This document shows, in pieces, positions 17,001 to 18,392 of a stretch of DNA of 18,392 nt (the stretch's first letter is position 1; each line of letters starts with the position of its first letter). Made by a program: the position numbers and the translations under genes. Source of the DNA: Pseudomonadota bacterium (GTDB lineage Bacteria > Bdellovibrionota_B > Oligoflexia > Oligoflexales > CAIYRB01); assembly GCA_031416315.1 (NCBI GenBank), contig JANOTL010000175.1, positions 1 through 18,392 on the forward strand, in the 5' to 3' direction. The notes under the pieces were generated by a model, which searched no databases, was not told the origin of the DNA, and saw nothing but the letters and a program-made list of their open reading frames with translations.

Positions 17001-17762
17001 GATCTGCGACACGCGCTCGTCCCGATGCTTCATGATCTCGTCGTCGAGCTTAGTGAAGCGCTTCGCCAGCCGCTTCGTCAGCGGCGACATGACCACCAGG
17101 ACCGCGACGCCCGACAGAGCGGCGAGCCCCAAATAATGGAAGAGGAGGCCGGTCACCGCGAGAATCATCAGCGCGGCCCACGTAGCCTCGACCACGATCC
17201 AAGGGAACTCCGCCACGGAGTCCGAGTCGGTGCCGAGGTGGTTCACGGCGTCGCCGAGCGGGGTCTTCAGGCGCGCGGCCCGCGTCATTCGCAGCGAATG
17301 CCGATAAATGAGCGTGTTGAGGGCGTTGGCCACGATCTGATTCGCACCGATGGCGACGTAGAAGAAGTTCTGGAGGCCCACCCCTTCCACGACGGTCACG
17401 AACGCGAGGCCCAAGGCCAGCGCGATCCCCGTGACGAGGCTCGCGTCCGCGCCGAGCGCCACGTGCGAGATCAGCTTCCCGACCAGCACCGGCGAAGCGA
17501 GCCCTGCAAGGCCGACGATGAGCAACACCAAGGCCATCAGCCCAACTTCGCGCGGGATGGCCCGCATGAGCGCGAACAAGAACTTCGTCGTCGTGTCGGT
17601 CGGTAGGCTGAAGAACGCCGGCTTGACCGAGCGCGGCGACAGACGGTCGGGGAGGGGAGGGAAGTCTTCGGATTCCAAGATCTTCGTCTGACCGAGGCGC
17701 ACCAAGGGCGCGACGTGGCGGTAGAAAACGAAGCTCAAGCTGGCACGGATGCGCAGCGGCAT
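13992..17762 (-). CDS. Full-length ABCC/MRP-like ABC exporter (TMD-NBD-TMD-NBD)
   Basis: NBD1 GPVGSGKT, LSGGQ, LLDDPLSAVD; NBD2 GRTGSGKS, NFSQGQRQL, MDEATASVD; FFDSTPVGRVLNRFSRD; EEDRERGAV; RBS GAGG upstream. Confidence 0.95.
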   Translation of the reverse strand: MPLRIRASLSFVFYRHVAPLVRLGQTKILESEDFPPLPDRLSPRSVKPAFFSLPTDTTTKFLFALMRAIPREVGLMALVLLIVGLAGLASPVLVGKLISHVALGADASLVTGIALALGLAFVTVVEGVGLQNFFYVAIGANQIVANALNTLIYRHSLRMTRAARLKTPLGDAVNHLGTDSDSVAEFPWIVVEATWAALMILAVTGLLFHYLGLAALSGVAVLVVMSPLTKRLAKRFTKLDDEIMKHRDERVSQISQMLAGIRIVKFFAWQDEILGEIEKVRGKEIEARRRLMKTDAGSLLIYVGANTFVCLAAFGTRLWMGGQLDAATVFPCLSLFAMLEHPFGNITRYISESVNARVSAGRILTYLKLPTLPLDERPVAPAGGAIGLELADVTARFDDAERDVLTNVRVSIPAGSSVAIVGPVGSGKTSMLLAALGELPITGGRVGFPGLPEGMAPRTAFVPQEAFVRNGTLRDNLLFGEPDLGLDAVVFATALEPDLARLPAGIKTEIGEHGVNLSGGQKQRVALARAAMARPGLILLDDPLSAVDHATETHLVDHLLFGVWKGSTRVVVTHRLEHLDRFDQVVFLENGAIVASGRYQELVAQEPRFAQFVAEHGATRGAGEALKDDGVAAASEAAPTGGEARITSEEDRERGAVKAHIYWEYIKALGGRSRQSRLTMLPLLFVATVALTVLPILQNTWLAQWTERVTTATQAEGWRNLYIFGALGLAALAVQGLQKLIWNLRAVAAGRHLHDDALRAVMGAPIRFFDSTPVGRVLNRFSRDVDAVERNLPWSFEHTVRATFVTAGATAVLVGALPITIVAIVPVIFLFIRLQRRYRVCAREAQRIFSVSRSPRFAHFKETLSGLAVIRGAHKGAYFTEGFYAVTAASQRDFHGLVLLNRWFSVRVPMIGAAVSIATATGVVLASQQGALPAGLAGLVLIYSLRFWESLNWGVRSFADAESKMTSVERLKNYGQIPQEPDIRTSVPSVTADEVWPTAGTITFDGVVARYAEHLPDVLKGVTFTIPGGSKAGLVGRTGSGKSTIFQALFRVMEIREGTIRIDGRDIAGVPLKRLRRAVAIIPQDPTLFRGKLRENLDRFGQHDDASLWQALERAHLKEFIAGLPNGLDADVKENGHNFSQGQRQLLCLARALLVDAKIIVMDEATASVDVETDALIQTTIRHACVDKTVLVIAHRLGTVEDADLVVDLEGGHVKRAFAPRSLERSKRSGNEALADRRKSLKGRVEEPVELSLSFS

Positions 17763-17857
17763 GCAGCGACCTCTAAAGGTAAAACGCGGACGTGTTTTTG
17801 GTTGCGATCGAGGCGCGGTGCTGAGGCCAGTCTAGCGGATGAGCCGAGGGATGAGAC

Positions 17858-17908
17858 TCAGGCGACGCGCATCGTCGAGGAGACGGCGGTTTTGATCGAG
17901 AGGAACAT
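17858..17908 (-). CDS. Putative leader peptide MFLSIKTAVSSTMRVA (16 aa) upstream of the ABC exporter
   Basis: AGGAGG (17916-17921, minus strand) 7 nt before ATG 17908; TGA at 17858-17860, 95 nt upstream of the ABC start. Confidence 0.6.
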   Translation of the reverse strand: MFLSIKTAVSSTMRVA

Positions 17909-17953
17909 CGAGAATCCTCCTATGCCAGAGTCATGAGACTATCGAGGAAGCCG

Positions 17954-17983
17954 AATCTAATTCAAGTGCGACTCCCGCGTCAA
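17954..17983 (-). promoter_or_regulatory. Putative sigma70 promoter for the leader/ABC transcript
   Basis: Minus strand TTGACG-N18-TAGATT. Confidence 0.45.
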
Positions 17984-18033
17984 ATAAAGCGTCGATCAGG
18001 TAAGATGTCCGCAGCTTGTGGAGATCCGCCGCC

Positions 18034-18392
18034 ATGCTCGTCACGACTTTCCTGCTCACCGCGTTCGTTCTGCAAGGCCCGGCCAAAGCGTTCGTCTCGA
18101 CGATCGGGGAGAAGTGCCTCGCCGAGCGCGACGCTTCGATCACCGTCGAAGGCAACGTCGTCACGATCCACGGCGAAGGCGCCGCCTGCGCCGAGGAAAT
18201 CGAGGAAATCGCCCGCAACTGGGAGATCTTCGCCGCGACCGACGCCATCGTCACGGTCACCGGCTCGCCCGAGGCGCTGGTGATGGAGCGCGAGAAGCTC
18301 GAAGCCAAGTTCGGCAAGTCGCCGAACCCGCGACTCCGCTTCTTGAGCGAGGCGCAAACTTGCCGTTGTTTGGTCATCGCCGGGAAGCTCTC
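18034..18392 (+). CDS. Hypothetical exported protein, 3'-truncated (alternative start TTG 18016)
   Basis: Not in the ORF track because it has no stop. MLVTTFLLTAFVLQGPAKA|FVSTIGEKC... is open to the window end, with GGAG upstream and host-like codons. Confidence 0.7.
   Translation, partial: MLVTTFLLTAFVLQGPAKAFVSTIGEKCLAERDASITVEGNVVTIHGEGAACAEEIEEIARNWEIFAATDAIVTVTGSPEALVMEREKLEAKFGKSPNPRLRFLSEAQTCRCLVIAGKL

Noticed and set aside
320..17691. Many long overlapping alternative-frame and antisense ORFs (e.g. 2684-3802, 3866-4879, 8354-9703, 14124-15326)
   Set aside because: Arg/Pro/Gly-rich shadow ORFs expected in high-GC coding DNA; no motifs, and they overlap well-supported genes.

Overview
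GC-rich bacterial DNA; gene content suggests Bdellovibrionota/Oligoflexia (inference). In order: a 5'-truncated UDP-glucuronate decarboxylase, two lipoproteins and a convergent outer-membrane beta-barrel. Next come a K+ channel (TVGYGD + RCK) coupled to a stand-alone cNMP-binding protein, a compact protein kinase and a small exported protein. A putative sigma54-driven operon follows: Ser/Thr-rich repeat protein, DUF4105/Lnb-like protein with a degenerate zincin motif, and a rhomboid protease. A lower-GC island (~11720-14100) carries MntA antitoxin, a HepT/HEPN toxin fused in frame to a ~330 aa extension ending in an L,D-transpeptidase/Tlde1-like His-Cys domain, and a coupled membrane-anchored partner. 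The window ends with a eukaryote-like ABCC/MRP exporter preceded by an unannotated 16-aa leader peptide, and a 3'-truncated exported protein. The best candidates for new biology are the MntA / HepT-LDT fusion / partner cassette, the sigma54 repeat protein-Lnb-rhomboid operon and the leader-peptide-controlled MRP exporter. No searches were run; family calls rest on motif recognition.
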